Origin: Marsupella aquatica
Taxonomy: Eukaryota; Plantae; Marchantiophyta
Assembly: GCA_973895155.1 (NCBI GenBank)
Contig: OZ316893.1
Location: forward strand, 24,045,520 to 24,109,519
Direction of reading: 5' to 3'
Length of the DNA stretch: 64,000 nt
Shown: positions 37,018-49,599 of the stretch, piece by piece
Position numbering within the stretch: position 1 is the first letter of the stretch
Layout: each line of letters opens with the position of its first letter
Program-made: the position numbers and the translations under genes
Notes under the pieces: generated by a model
Database searches by the model: none
What the model was told of the DNA's origin: nothing
The model's input: only the letters and a program-made list of their open reading frames with translations

Positions 37018-40000
37018 TTTTTTGCCTCGAAAAAACTCAATGAATTCCATTCAAAAAGCCAGAATACAGAAAGGGGGGCCCAAGAAGGCAACCACCCGGA
37101 AGGACCAGAGGTCAAGGTGCCGGGGCCGGTGAAGCCGGAACCGAGTAAGAAGCCACGCCTCAAAAAAGGCAGCCAAACAAGAAATTTGGAAACTACTACA
37201 GGAGCAGCACACTCCCAAAGACCGGCCAGTGAACAGGGACCGGCGAGGTACCGAACAGTGGGTCCGTGAAAGAAAAACAATCAGTCTACCAGTAGTGCAG
37301 CTTCAAAACCCAAAGAATCCGTTGATTCATGGAGGACGCGGAGGAACAGGTTGAACCTGAAGTGTGTCTTCATGAATTTGCCATAAGCCATCCCATGCAC
37401 CAAAATCCCGGGCCAGGTCCAGTCGTGCATCGGTGATGGTGGTCTTCCCTGACCGAATCCTGGCCCTATGTCTGGCCCAGTCACGTTTGAGGTAAATGCC
37501 AAGGCGTTGCCAGGCCTTCCTGATGACTCCGTGAGGATTTGGTCGTGTATGCTCAATAAAGTGTGTGCATCGGTCCTTCCAAATATTCCAGCAAATAATA
37601 GCCCTGAGAAGATGCCAGAGCTTTGTTGGAATGTCCCATGTATCTGGAAGTTCAGCCCCAACAAAAATGTGGACTAGTAGGAGGAGGATCCGTCCTGCTC
37701 CGTGAGAGAACGCGCATTGTTGAAGAATGGATTGCACCCAAGTCCATATGCCCTGAGACACAGCACACTCCCAAATGCAATGAACGATGTCTTCGTGTTG
37801 GTTCAAACCGCATCTAGTGCACCATGTACTAGGATCAGTGGGTGGGAGACGAGGAAACCTCCAATGCTGTGTCGCCGGGATGCGGTAAAGCAGTTGCCAT
37901 AGGTAGCAGCTTTCCCGAGCAGCACGAAAGGGGAGCCAGGTGCGTGTCCATAATGTTCCAGGGTCAGGGGTCCAGTTCAATCGAATTGCCCATTTGTGCA
38001 GGGCCTTGTGGAGGATACTAGGGGATCTCCCCTGGATTACCCGTAAATGAGCAGTGGATGTATCCAGGAACGGAAGGCCATCCTTCCACTCGTGCTGGAG
38101 CAAGGGTGCCAGAAGGCCGACGGGCCTCCCGATGCGAAGCATGAGGACTGCAGCAGCACTCGACTTCCTAACCAAAACCCTGTGCAGGAGTGCCTCCGGT
38201 GGTGGTGCAAAAGTGGCCATCTTGTGTAGACAGTTGTTGATGACTTGGAAGGTCCGTTTTGGTGCTGAGGTAGCCTGGGCGAATTGCCATTGGGTCGTAA
38301 TGAGTTGCCTCGTGGTAGAGAACTCCCAGATGTACAGGTTGCCATTCGGAAGCCATGCTTCCATGAAAATAGGGAGTACGCCACTAGGCTCATGGTGCAA
38401 TTCCGGAACACTCTCTATCATCTTCTGGTAAGCGCAAGCACAATTCCGGGGTAATAATGCACTAGGCCCGTCCTCCCACCTCAGGAAGTGTCCCTGTGCA
38501 TCCAGGACATCCTACATCAAATGAAAACCTGCCCTCCTAATTTTACGTTGTGGATTGCTGTGGCACTTCGCCCCACTGGAGTTGATGTGGTTGAGATGAG
38601 GTCGCCAGAGAGGGAGGTGCCTCCAACCTTCTAAGTGTCCCGGAGGTGTGGGCCTCAAATGTTTCTTGACGACATTCCATGCAGTGCAGACATTGATCCA
38701 GACTTGTGAGCCCTCCCGAGGGAGAGTATGGCAGTGAGAGAATGCCCACGTGAAGTCGTCAGCTCCCCATTTTTGCAAAGAGAGTTTCCTAATCTCAAAT
38801 TGAAGGAGTCGTCGGAGGGGGTGATCTCCTTCCGCCAAAGCCCAAATTATGAAACTCCCAGCCAAAGCTCTGAATTGTGTCACCAAGGAGATCAATCCGA
38901 GTCCCACGTGACTCTTGGGCTTGATGATAGTAGCAAAATCAACCCTGGCCCGAGCCTTAGTGTTCTGCCCTGCCCATACAAAGGCGGTAATCTTCTTTTG
39001 CAAGTTATCTAGCGTGCTAAGCTGCCCCGCCCATATGGGAAGAGAGAACCACAGAGTGCTCAGAACCAAGTGATTGGCCACAGTGACCCGGGCGATCAGC
39101 GAGCCAGAGGTCTTACGAACTTGATCCAATCTAGATTCCAGCTTTTCAGATAGATAATGGACCATTTGATGTTCCGAAATGTGCTGCGCAATAGGAATCC
39201 CAAGGAGCTTAGTGGCATTGTGTTCATCTTCCCACCTCCAGGGTAGCCGCCTGAATTCAATTGGGATCCTCCGTGGGGAAATGTATGCAGCCTTGGTTTT
39301 TTCCCAGGCACAGAAAAGGCCGGAAGCCTTGCCGAAGAGGTCTAGAACCAGCCTGCTTCTATCGAGAAATTGTGTCTCGGCCCGAATCAAAAGAGCTAAG
39401 TCGTCAGCAAACAAATTATGAACATTGTGTACCCCCAGGTGTGGGATGTCGACCCCCTGAATGGAGCCCCTGCTGACTTCTCTGCTTAAGATGTTGCTAA
39501 GGGAGTCGATCGCGATAAGAAAAAGTAGAGGAGACAATGGACACCCCTGTCTCACCGAGCGGGCAAGGTTAAAAGGTGAGGCCATCCTCCCATTAAGTAG
39601 CACTGCCGAAGATGCAGAGGCATGGGTGGCACTCAGAAATCGTGTGAGTAGGCCGTTGAACCCCGTCTTCTCCAAGATTGACAGCAGGAAATGCCATTCA
39701 AGCTTGTCGAAGGCCTTGATGATGTCCAGCTTCAGTAGTATGTAATCCAAACCGGATGCCTTAGCATGGTGCAACGTTTCGTTTAGAAGCATAAGAGAAT
39801 GGTGGATGTTGCGCCCCGGGAGGAAGGCAAATTGCTGAGGCGAGATGAAAAGCTGTAAAATTGGAATAAGCCGCATCTGGAACGCTTTAGCTCCGATCTT
39901 ATGGGCTACATTCAACAACGTAATGGGGCGCTTATTGGTGAGGGATCTTTGGTTGTCTTTCTTTGGGAGGAGGACAATGAGGCCCTGGGTGATCTCGGGA

Positions 40001-41081
40001 GAGAAGTTCTCCTCAGCTAGGCCAAGCAAAAGTGCTCTGTGAAGCGATGGGCCCACCGTGTGCCAATTTGCCACGAAGAATTCGACGGGGACCCCGTCTG
40101 GGCCAGGGCACCTATTGATTGCCAGCGCAGTTGCTGCTTTCCCAAGTTCTTCCACCGTGAGGGGTGCATTGAGAAGATTCTGATCCTCCAACGGGATGCG
40201 CCTAGATTGTAACTCGAGGACCTGAGACACTTGTTCCCAGTTGAATCCAGCTGATTGTCCGAGGATGCCTTGGAAGAAGTTGGTAGCAGTGGCAGCCAGA
40301 TCTTCCCACCCACTGACGATTTGTTCCTCGGGGGTAAATAGATGGGTGATCTCCTTATTCATGGCCAGCCCCCGAAAGCTCCTAAAGAAGAGTTTGGAGC
40401 ATTTATCTCCCTCGCCAATCCACCTAGATTGCAGGATAAAGTCCATCCATCGAACCTGTTCTTCTTCAAATTCATGGAGGAGGGTCTCCGCATCCTTGAG
40501 GGACCTCTGGTACACTGAATCCATTGGGTCTCTCTCCAATTGGAATTGAGCAAGGGCCAAGTTGTGACGGAGCAAAGATTCCTTCTGCCTTCTCTCAATA
40601 GCTTTCCTCTTACCCCAGCATCGGTCGATCTTCCGGGCCTTTTTAAGACACCGAATGAGAATGACATCCGCCTTCATGCCCCTGGCAGTACAAATTTCCT
40701 CCTCCTGCTCCCACATTAGTGAGATACGGTCTTGAAAGGCACAAATTCGTTGGTGACCGGCATTCATTCGATGCAGAGATGGTCTCTTGATGAGGCCCGT
40801 GGGTGTGAGCTGGGCAATAACCGGGGCATGATCTGATAATGTGATGCCGGGTAAGATGGTGGATGCAACATCAAATTTCTCCCTAGAAGCTCCCCTGGAG
40901 ATATAAATGCGGTCGAGCCTTCTCAGAACCCGATCGCTATCAGCTTGTACATGTTGCATGCCTGGGACATGTCGAAAGCTTCTCTTATTATCCCAACTGA
41001 ATCTCAGGTGCCCTGGATGCTCCTGGAAAGTATCAACCAGGTGCAAGCGTCGCTTAAGGTGGCGCCATGCCCGTCCTTCGC
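37018..41081 (-). mobile_element. 5'-truncated L1-clade LINE
   Basis: Poly(A) tail (T run at 37016-37023) and TSD TTCCAGAATCTT at 37006-37017 and 41082-41093. ORF2 has the endonuclease tail RRLDRIY/SDHAPV, RT motifs PGPDG, KRPITLLN, KLDIIKAFD, RQGCPLSPLLF and FADD, and the zf-RVT motif CTRC...HCIWEC. Confidence 0.96.
37327..41079 (-). pseudogene. LINE ORF2 (EN C-terminal part, RT, zf-RVT) with a single in-frame stop at 38512-38514
   Basis: ORFs 38512-41046 and 37327-38421 are in the same frame and the 30 codons between them are open. Confidence 0.9.
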
Positions 41082-42550
41082 TTCCAGAATCTTACTCGCA
41101 ATAGATATCCAAGTCATGCAAGTTATTGAACAGGCAGAAGCAGCGAAGAGGAAGGCAGACACCACATTGCAAACCAAAAGCCCGGGGAACTGGTACAAAA
41201 TGAACAATCCCAATCCCAATCTGTGCTCGTTGTTTGCTCACACACAGGCGATAGTCGTCTGCAATCTACAAGCAAAAACGTTTTGCAAGCAGTTGTTCTG
41301 TAAACGTCTACAATCGACAAGCAATTGTTCTGCAAGCACACATTCTCAATCTTGATCATTGTGTGCAGTCTATGAGCAAAAACGAGATCGTCTGCAATCT
41401 ACAAGCAAAAATGAGAGTAAATTTAGTCAATCCCGTTCCTGGTGACATGATGAATGTGAAATCCGAAATGTCCCTGTGAAAATGTATGAGTGAAAAGTGA
41501 AAGTAAATGTTAAGAGTAAATCCAAGTAATTGAAAAGCGGGCATGGGCAGCGGCAGCATTCAGAGAAAAAGTGTGGCCTGAAAAAGTGACATCAGCCAAA
41601 ATGTTAAAAAGGAGAGGCCAGGTGGCTTCCGGTAGGCAATGGGGGAGAACCTATGCAGTATACAGGGATTTGTCTCTGTGAATGTAGCAACGTTTATCAA
41701 CAAAGGTCACACCAATGCAAGCTACTGTACACTAGCAACACTCAACTCTCGAAGAAATTTCCTTGATGAAGACCTTACGAAACAAAGAAGCACAATTATT
41801 GAGTGCTCTGGTTATCAATAAAAGAAAGAGACTAAACTTAGTAAAACAAGAGCCAAACAAAGTGTAACCAAAAACAGAGGAAAAAGTCCAGGCAGGACCC
41901 TATTAAACCAAAGAAGTAAAGGTATCATGAACTACACTACAATCTAAGGCTCATCTGTTTCGGGAAGTTTCACCACAAAAGTGGGTTGCCCTGAGTGTTA
42001 GGGACGCTTGAAGAAACGAGGGATCACTGCATGTTTACGTTCTTTCCAGTGGGTTTTGAATCTCAAACCTTAAATTACTCAACACGGCTATAGGGGCCAG
42101 GATTGTTTCCACACTATGAGTAGAATTCAACATATTAATTTATTACATAAATATCTGCTAAATGATTCTGATGACGAACTAGGTGATTTGTTTCACCCTG
42201 CCTTGGCGGGACTCTGGCATGCACATAGATTCGTTTTTCATCGCCCCCTTCGCACACATTGCTCCTTTTAGTCCTGTATCTCCAGTGTTCTTTCATCATA
42301 GCTTTGTTGTATTGCACGAGGTTAAAATTACGCACGTACTGCTTCCATCAGCAGCTGCAGCTTTTCCGGTCACGAGTAACATGCACATTCCATTCTCCAA
42401 GCTATACACACTCTCCAGGACTCGAACACTTTGCAATCACAAGTGGTATGCATTTCCTTTTTTGTGGCCTGATGCTACGAAACCTCACAAATCTCATTTT
42501 CACTCAAGGGCTTGTGGACGGGAACGGGATCTACAACTTCAACAGGCATT

Positions 42551-44888
42551 ATGGGCAACTGGGTGAAGAACATCTTCGTCGAAAATGAATTGGAGAAAAC
42601 GATCTTAGCTGCGGTCATTATGGCAGTGGTTCTCCGGCTGATCGTACTCAAGACCTTCCCGGGATCCAAATCTAGGGGCCATCTACCGCCAGGTCCTCTC
42701 AATCTGCCAGTGGTCGGTGCCATGCTCTCAGTAGAGACAAACGTTGGAGAGTGGTATAAAAAACTGGCCAAAAAGTTTGGGAAGATCTTCTATTTCCGTC
42801 TGGGTTCCCACGGGATGCTCATTGTGGGTACAGCAGAGGGAGCCGAGGAAGTTCTGAAGTTAAAGGATCTTGCATTTGCAAATAGACCAACTAACGCATT
42901 CTTCAAATCTGCTGGCAAGTACATTGGGTTTGATTCCGAGGACGTTCTGTTTTCGAATTATGATCGGGCGCACAAGAACTTGAAGAAGTTGCTCACCGTG
43001 AATGTCTTCAATCCCTCTGAGCAGCACCGTTTTGAGAACGTCAGGAGGCGTGAAGGTATGGGCTATCTGGATGTTTCTTGCTTTGATTGGATATCTCGAG
43101 TCTCCTCACGTCATTGCCGTGACGTCCATGATCATCGTCTCTTTCATTTATAGACTGGATGCCAGCGCTCGGACCAGCAGCAGACGATTCTTGGCTGGTG
43201 TTTTCATTAAGATACAGGGTTTATGATGTACCACTCGTGTTTCAATTTGATACATGGAAATTTGAAGATCAGGTTCTCCTCAAGTTGAAAATCATTATAT
43301 ATGCCACTTCTCCTGTTTCCAATTGATGACCAAAAACTGTGTTTCACTGGGGACTCATTATTCACAAACTCGTTGCAGGTAAGTTTCTGGCGGAGGGCAT
43401 CCAAAGGCAGATAAACTCAGAAGGCATCATAAACGTGGGCGAGTCTTCCTTCGGCCTGGCCGTCAACTTGCTCTGCTCGCTCATCTTCGGAAGGCGGTAC
43501 TCTGATTCACTGACCTCCGAAACGGACCAGCTCAAGCACTGCCCTGACCTTATCCGCGGCGCCACTGATCTCATTCTAAAACTGAATTTCGGGGACTTAT
43601 TCCCATTGCTTGCGTGGGCGAACTATCAAGGATGGACCAAAGAGTTCAAGGAGTACAACCAGCTGTGTCATAGGGTGTTCGGGCAGAGTATTGAGGTACA
43701 CTTTACGTAACTGAAGCATTGCAGGGAAACATTACTAATCTTGGATCAAGTTTGGATACTGTGTAAAACTGTTGACCTGCAGAGAAAAGAAATGAAGATA
43801 CGTGTTTCGATGAAATTGTGATTTCAGGAGCACAGAGAAGCGAGGAGAGCCAATAAGAGCTCCACCGACCGAGACTTTCTGGACATTATGCTAACACTTC
43901 ATGACAAGGGGACAATTTCGGACAATGGTCTTTTGGGCTCTCTTATCGACATGCTAGTTGGAGGAACGGACACTAATGCTGTCACCGCAGAGTGGGCTAT
44001 GCTGGAGCTCGTCACAAATCCAGGTAAAAGGGAATCTGCAAACTTGTTGTGATCAGTTCCTTTTCGTTGCACCGTACGTCTTGCCGCCCCTTGAGTGCAA
44101 GAAAGCTTTGAATTCAGACTATGACACGATATATCAACAACGGTATCCAATTAACCACGTGAAATATGCCACAGACTACAAAACGAACACAACATGCTCG
44201 CAACGAAATTAAGAGAACAACTAGAAATCCAATCGACTCAACTTTTGTGATGGGTGGAGAGAGACCCTTTCGAAGCTTTAACATAGTTGTTCACATTTAA
44301 GATTGCCTTGCCAATTAATTTTCCACAGATTGTCTCACCAAGCTGCAGAAGGAGATGGACGAAGTAGTTGGCAAAGGGCGACCCGTGGAGGAATCTGATT
44401 TCCCCAACTTGCCATATTTCCAAGCTGTTATCCATGAGACCTTTCGGCTGCACCCTCCTCTTCCTCTCTTGGTGTCCCACTTCACCGCGGAAGCAACGAC
44501 CGTGCAAGGGTTCTACGTCCCTGCCAACACAACTGTATTTGTGTACGTTGGACTCATCGCTCGGGACCCTCTCAATTGGGAAGACCCTGAGAAGTTCAAT
44601 CCTGAGAGGTTTATGAACTCCAAGGAAACTATCAATATCACAGAAGGCAATCTCTTCAGCTTGCTTCCATTCGGAAGTGGGAGGCGGAAGTGTCCAGCGG
44701 CTCGGATGGGGGTGCTAACGGTTCAGAGAGTGATTTCCACTCTCGTTCATGCCTTTGATTGGAGTCCGTTACCTGGCAAGACAATCGACGACATTGACAA
44801 GACGGAGGTGATTACTACCGTGTCTCGTCCAGCGACTCCACTTTTGTTATGTGCTAAGCCTCGGTTAAACCGTGCTATCTACTCTTAA
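42551..44888 (+). CDS. Cytochrome P450, CYP71 clan (525 aa). Exons 42551-43055, 43379-43695, 43828-44023, 44329-44888
   Basis: N-terminal TM helix and LPPGP hinge, I-helix DMLVGGTDT, K-helix ETFR, PERF and heme motif PFGSGRRKCPA. GT-AG introns have compatible phases. Confidence 0.95.
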
Positions 44889-45315
44889 TCACAAGATTAA
44901 ACAATGAATTCTATAGTTCTTGGGCTTCCACAATTGACATGAGATTAGATATCACTTATGGGGGTGGTGGTTTCACTTTCTTTCATGAAGTGGCACATCA
45001 TGGAAAGTGTAGGCACATTTAAATGGGTGTGGCGAAAAATTTACAAAGTTTGTTGAAAGAACACACATAGACCAGTTTAATTGTCCAAAATATTTTCTTT
45101 AAGTTTTTAGTGATTTTTTTAATAAAAATGACAAAATTTAAAGAAAAAAAGGGTTTTGCAAAACAATATTTTTCACTTATAAGTTAGTGGGGTCGAACCC
45201 TAAAATGTTGCACGTGATGTATGGTCCTCCATATGACCTCCCCGAGAGCAGAATCCCCACCTTTTCCATTGGATGTCTTGGGGTGTAAAGTTTATACCAG
45301 TAAAGGTAGTCATTA

Positions 45316-46455
45316 CGGACCCCCATTTGGGGTCCTTTCCAAAAATCCTGGCTCCACAATGTGCCACATCATCATGGCATGCTGCAAACACAAAGGGACT
45401 TGTTTTTGGATAAAATTAAATTTTGAATTCGTGTTTGTGACAACTTCTTTGTAAAAACTAGGACGCCATGCCATAAGAGAGAATGTAAGAAACCTTACAT
45501 TGCAAATCAAAGATTAAAGATTGAGGTAAAACCTGTAACCGTTCTATTTACATTTTAATTTTATTCAAAACATAAAATTTTCCCAGTAGCAATTTTTCAT
45601 TTGACATTGACATTTTTCATTTGACATTGTTGAGTCAAATTATAATGAAAACTCACGTATAATATGACATTGGAAAGATCTTGAAGAGATGGTCCTAATG
45701 AGCTCACGGTTGTCAACATTTGGTAAGAATTGAGTAAGTAATTTGAAAAACATATTCTACCCATGATTTTATAATCTCTAACGTTAATAGAAATCTTTGT
45801 TGCACAACCTCTGAAATGTTGATCCCTTCCATGAGAATGAACCCTCAAATTGACAGATTTTATGAGTACTAAGGAGATTATGAGTTTTAGAATTTTTTTA
45901 GCTTTTTAATGAACTTAACATTGATAGATTTAGTTGAGTTCTGAGGATTATGAATTTGCAATGTTCTTTAGCTTTTCAATGAGTGGTGATGAGTTTCTAA
46001 ATTTCTCTAGCTTTCGATCAATTTTGAATTCTACAATTGGAGATTTGTTTCCGTGAAACTTTTTGTCTCAAACAATTATGCAAGGTTAGGATTTGATTAC
46101 ACCGATGGCTTCTCTCTCTTCGTCTCTCTGCGTGTAGGAATTGAAAAGTGATTACTTCAATACAACTTGAGTGCATCTGACGTCCCTTTGGTACCGTGGA
46201 GGAAACCATCGAGTACCGTTTTGCTAAAGTGGGCAATTAAGCTACCCACACATTAAGCAGTAGTTCACATTGTAGCTGGTTTTGTGATTGATGTTAATTA
46301 TGGTTGCCATGGTAAGTTTGGCAATTGTTTCAAGTGTCAAGCATTGACTTGTCCATTTTTGAATTTTTTCTTTAGACTCGAAGATCCATCTAGGCTTCAG
46401 TTTCTAGATAATTGCCTCTAAAATAACATGGGGGTCCACGGATTAATTTGGAGTA
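45316..46455. mobile_element. Dispersed AT-rich repeat, copy B (homologous to 5566-7031, lacking the MITE)
   Basis: Long collinear similarity to copy A in the same orientation. Confidence 0.7.
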
Positions 46456-48384
46456 GTGAGGTGTGAAGTGTAGCATGGTGTCCCTGGGAACCAGACTTTA
46501 GACAACACGAGTGGTCGCGTTGTCTTAGCTCTATGTTTGTCTTTTCCAATCCAAGAATATGATTTCGCTTTTCTTCACGACTTTGCCAGTGGGATTCTAA
46601 TTTTTCTTGAATCTCATTTGTGGTCCATGCCTCTAATGTGTTTTGGTGTTCAACCAAACAAAACTGCTAATGTAGTTATCACAACTGAGGGTTGAGTGGT
46701 AACAGCACCCAAGGCCTCATTCACAATTGGAGCACCCAAAAGGAAAGTGAAGTGACCATTATTTATTATGCTTTAGGATGTCATGTGTAAGGTGTAATGA
46801 GATGATATGCAAAATTTGATGTACTATAATTAATAAACAACTTGTAGGCTGGTAATATTCATTAAACTATCTAGGTAATATTCATTAAACTATCTAACAT
46901 TTGAGACGTTGTAGCTTTCCTGATATGTCTTTCAAAGAGAGATAAAAGTACTTGTCACGCAACAAGTCACATCATTACAGTACTCAAAAGGACTCTAAAA
47001 AATGCATTTTAGACGATGAAATTTTACCAAAGTATGCATACTAATAGAATAACTTATATTAAAACTCAAATATTGACACACACTAAACCTTGATGTACAC
47101 GACAAAAATAATCAATCATTTTGGCTAATTTAGGGCCATCAATAATAGGATCCCTTTAAAAAAGTTAAAACTTGATTTATCTACATGGTGAGGGAGGTTA
47201 AAGCATGTAAAATAATTTAGTGAAAAAATTAGAGTTAAATGTCTTGAGATAAAATCACGATGAAGCTTTTGCCATGTTATGAAAGTCATTTTTCAAAAAA
47301 GAAACATATTTTTGAGTCTTGAAAGTTGTTCCTATTATAACCAATGGTTTAGATTAACATGGATAGTTAAGGGAAGAGATTGTACATTACCATAACTACC
47401 ACCATATGTATATACTTCTTGGATCTCTAATGGATAGTAGAATTCTTGTCGGTGCATTGGTGTATTATCCCATCTCAAGGCTTCCTATATTATAACAGTT
47501 CCTGTGAGGTACACCCAATTGTAAATGAGGCCCCAACTAGAAACTAGTGAGAAAGAGAGACTTGTTCAAAAGATGTTGGGTGGAGTAGTTGGAAGTGTTG
47601 ATCAATAACTTTATTTCCCAATTTCCCAGTCCAAAAACAAATATACTTATTTCTAGTGCAAACAAATCCAAACATTGTCTCTTTACATCCACATGATACA
47701 AAACGGTAAATTTTAATTTTGCGGGACAGGAAGTGTGCCCTTTTTGTAAATTGTGCAATAACCAGTTGACAATGCTTTGGAACTTCAAAACTTAGGCGGG
47801 GAAAGATAGGGGCAAGATAGGGGAAAGATAGGCTCAGTGAGACTTTCCATGGAAGCTTTTTATTGGAACAACCTTTGTAGTCTGCTAGACAACTTTTTTT
47901 TCAATCAACATAAGCCTTTGCAATTAATGACACACTAAGTTATTGTTGTTCAATAATAGATCATGGGAACTCTGCACGTGGCCTGCATTGTCTTTAATTT
48001 CTTGGTGTTACTATAGATTCATGTGGAGCCTTGCTGACTGGATGTGTTGGAATGTTCAATTGGAGGGTGCAGCGAGTAAGTAAAGCCTCCCATCTTTACC
48101 TTATGTGGAGGACATGCATGGGGCAAAGCATCTTTGCTGTTGGCAATTGGCTCAAAGGGTTATAAAGCTCTTTTATCTTCATCAACAATATATAATTAAA
48201 CACGTGAGGCTCTTTACAGTCCTCGAAAAAGCCAATCTTGAGGGTCATGATGAGCCTCCCGTACCTGCCCAAGCCCATCCAATTCCATTTTATAGTGTCA
48301 CTAGAATAGAATGAATGAACCCCACTTTTGGTTGGGGTCAATTTTCCTTGAAAGGGTAATTTTTAGAAATTTTATGAGGTGATG

Positions 48385-48885
48385 CTTGAGCTACCTGCTC
48401 CTCCACCGCAACAATTATGGGTTGTTTTGACCATGGTCCATGATAGTCGGCGTACGGATGTTGTGGTACAAAACCCTATGCATTAGGACCTCATTGAGAT
48501 AACGACAACAATGGCAAGGTGCAATGGCATCCCTGACGGCCTTGACAAAGGAGGCAAAATATGTGGCTCAAGCTCCATTTGATACCTTCCTCCCCCTGGC
48601 TATTGAGATCTTTGGACGTCTTCATCATCAGTCTGATGGGTTTCTTCAACAGGTTGCTCGTGATATTCATGGACGGTCGGATGGGTTACTCTGGACCCCC
48701 ACTATCCATCTTGACTAGTCACGCACTTTGTCAATGCATTTCAGTGGCCTTATAGCGTGCCCAGGCTCAAGCCATTTGTTGTCAATCCCTGAGTGGGCTC
48801 CACTACCTCCGCAACACTAGCCCCCCTAGAGGACATTCCTGCCCCACTTGATGATTTGGTTAGGACACTGGATGTAGCCCATTAG
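48385..48885 (+). mobile_element. Degenerate 3' fragment of a CRE-clade non-LTR retrotransposon (restriction-like endonuclease region)
   Basis: Broken frames give DVVVQNP..DL, KEAKY, FLPLAIEIFGRLH...FLQQVA, SGPPLSIL and ISVAL*RAQAQAI, typical of the CRE C-terminus. Confidence 0.7.
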
Positions 48886-49599
48886 CTCTTGTCACATTAT
48901 TTTTCCAATATAGACACTAGTCCTTGAGTTTGCACTAATGTAGTTTTTGACACTTTTCTGATTTTCTTCATCCTTTTTTTGTTAAAACTTGCTTTTATTT
49001 TTTTGTGGTTAAGTGTTTGTCCTCTTTGGAACTCTTTTTCTTTCCTTACTTCCATTGTACTTGTTTTACACTGATGTGTAAATTTTTCTGGAAGATTCAC
49101 TTTTTCTTTCTAGATGTGACAAGAGAAGATCTTATGGAGGACTTGAGGGTCCCTTTTAAATCAATGATTTAAAATAGGAATGGACCAAGAAGTCAATAGA
49201 GGAGACCTCCAAATCTAAAATCTAGGAGAGAAGAGAGCTACACATAAGCAAAAATTGGGTCCCACTCCATTCCATTCCATGTAGGATTGGTAACAAGTTT
49301 GGTTGAAAGTGCCCCCAACATTTTGTAAAGTGAAGCAACAATTTGTCCCTAATGGATGACTTTGGTTCAAAGTGCTCCAAACTTTTTGTGAAGGGCAGCC
49401 GTACGTTTCTCCCTAATGCATGACTTGGGTTAAAAGTGCCCCCAACTGTTTGTAAAGTGAACAGGGGCAGTTCCGTCCTCACGGATGAATCTGATCAGAT
49501 CTTGGAGACAGAAAAAGAATGAACTTGTAAGTAAAGTCACCCTTTAGATTTATTCCCCCCTGAAGATTCTTAGTTTGGTTTTCCAGTTTTCTTCTCCTT

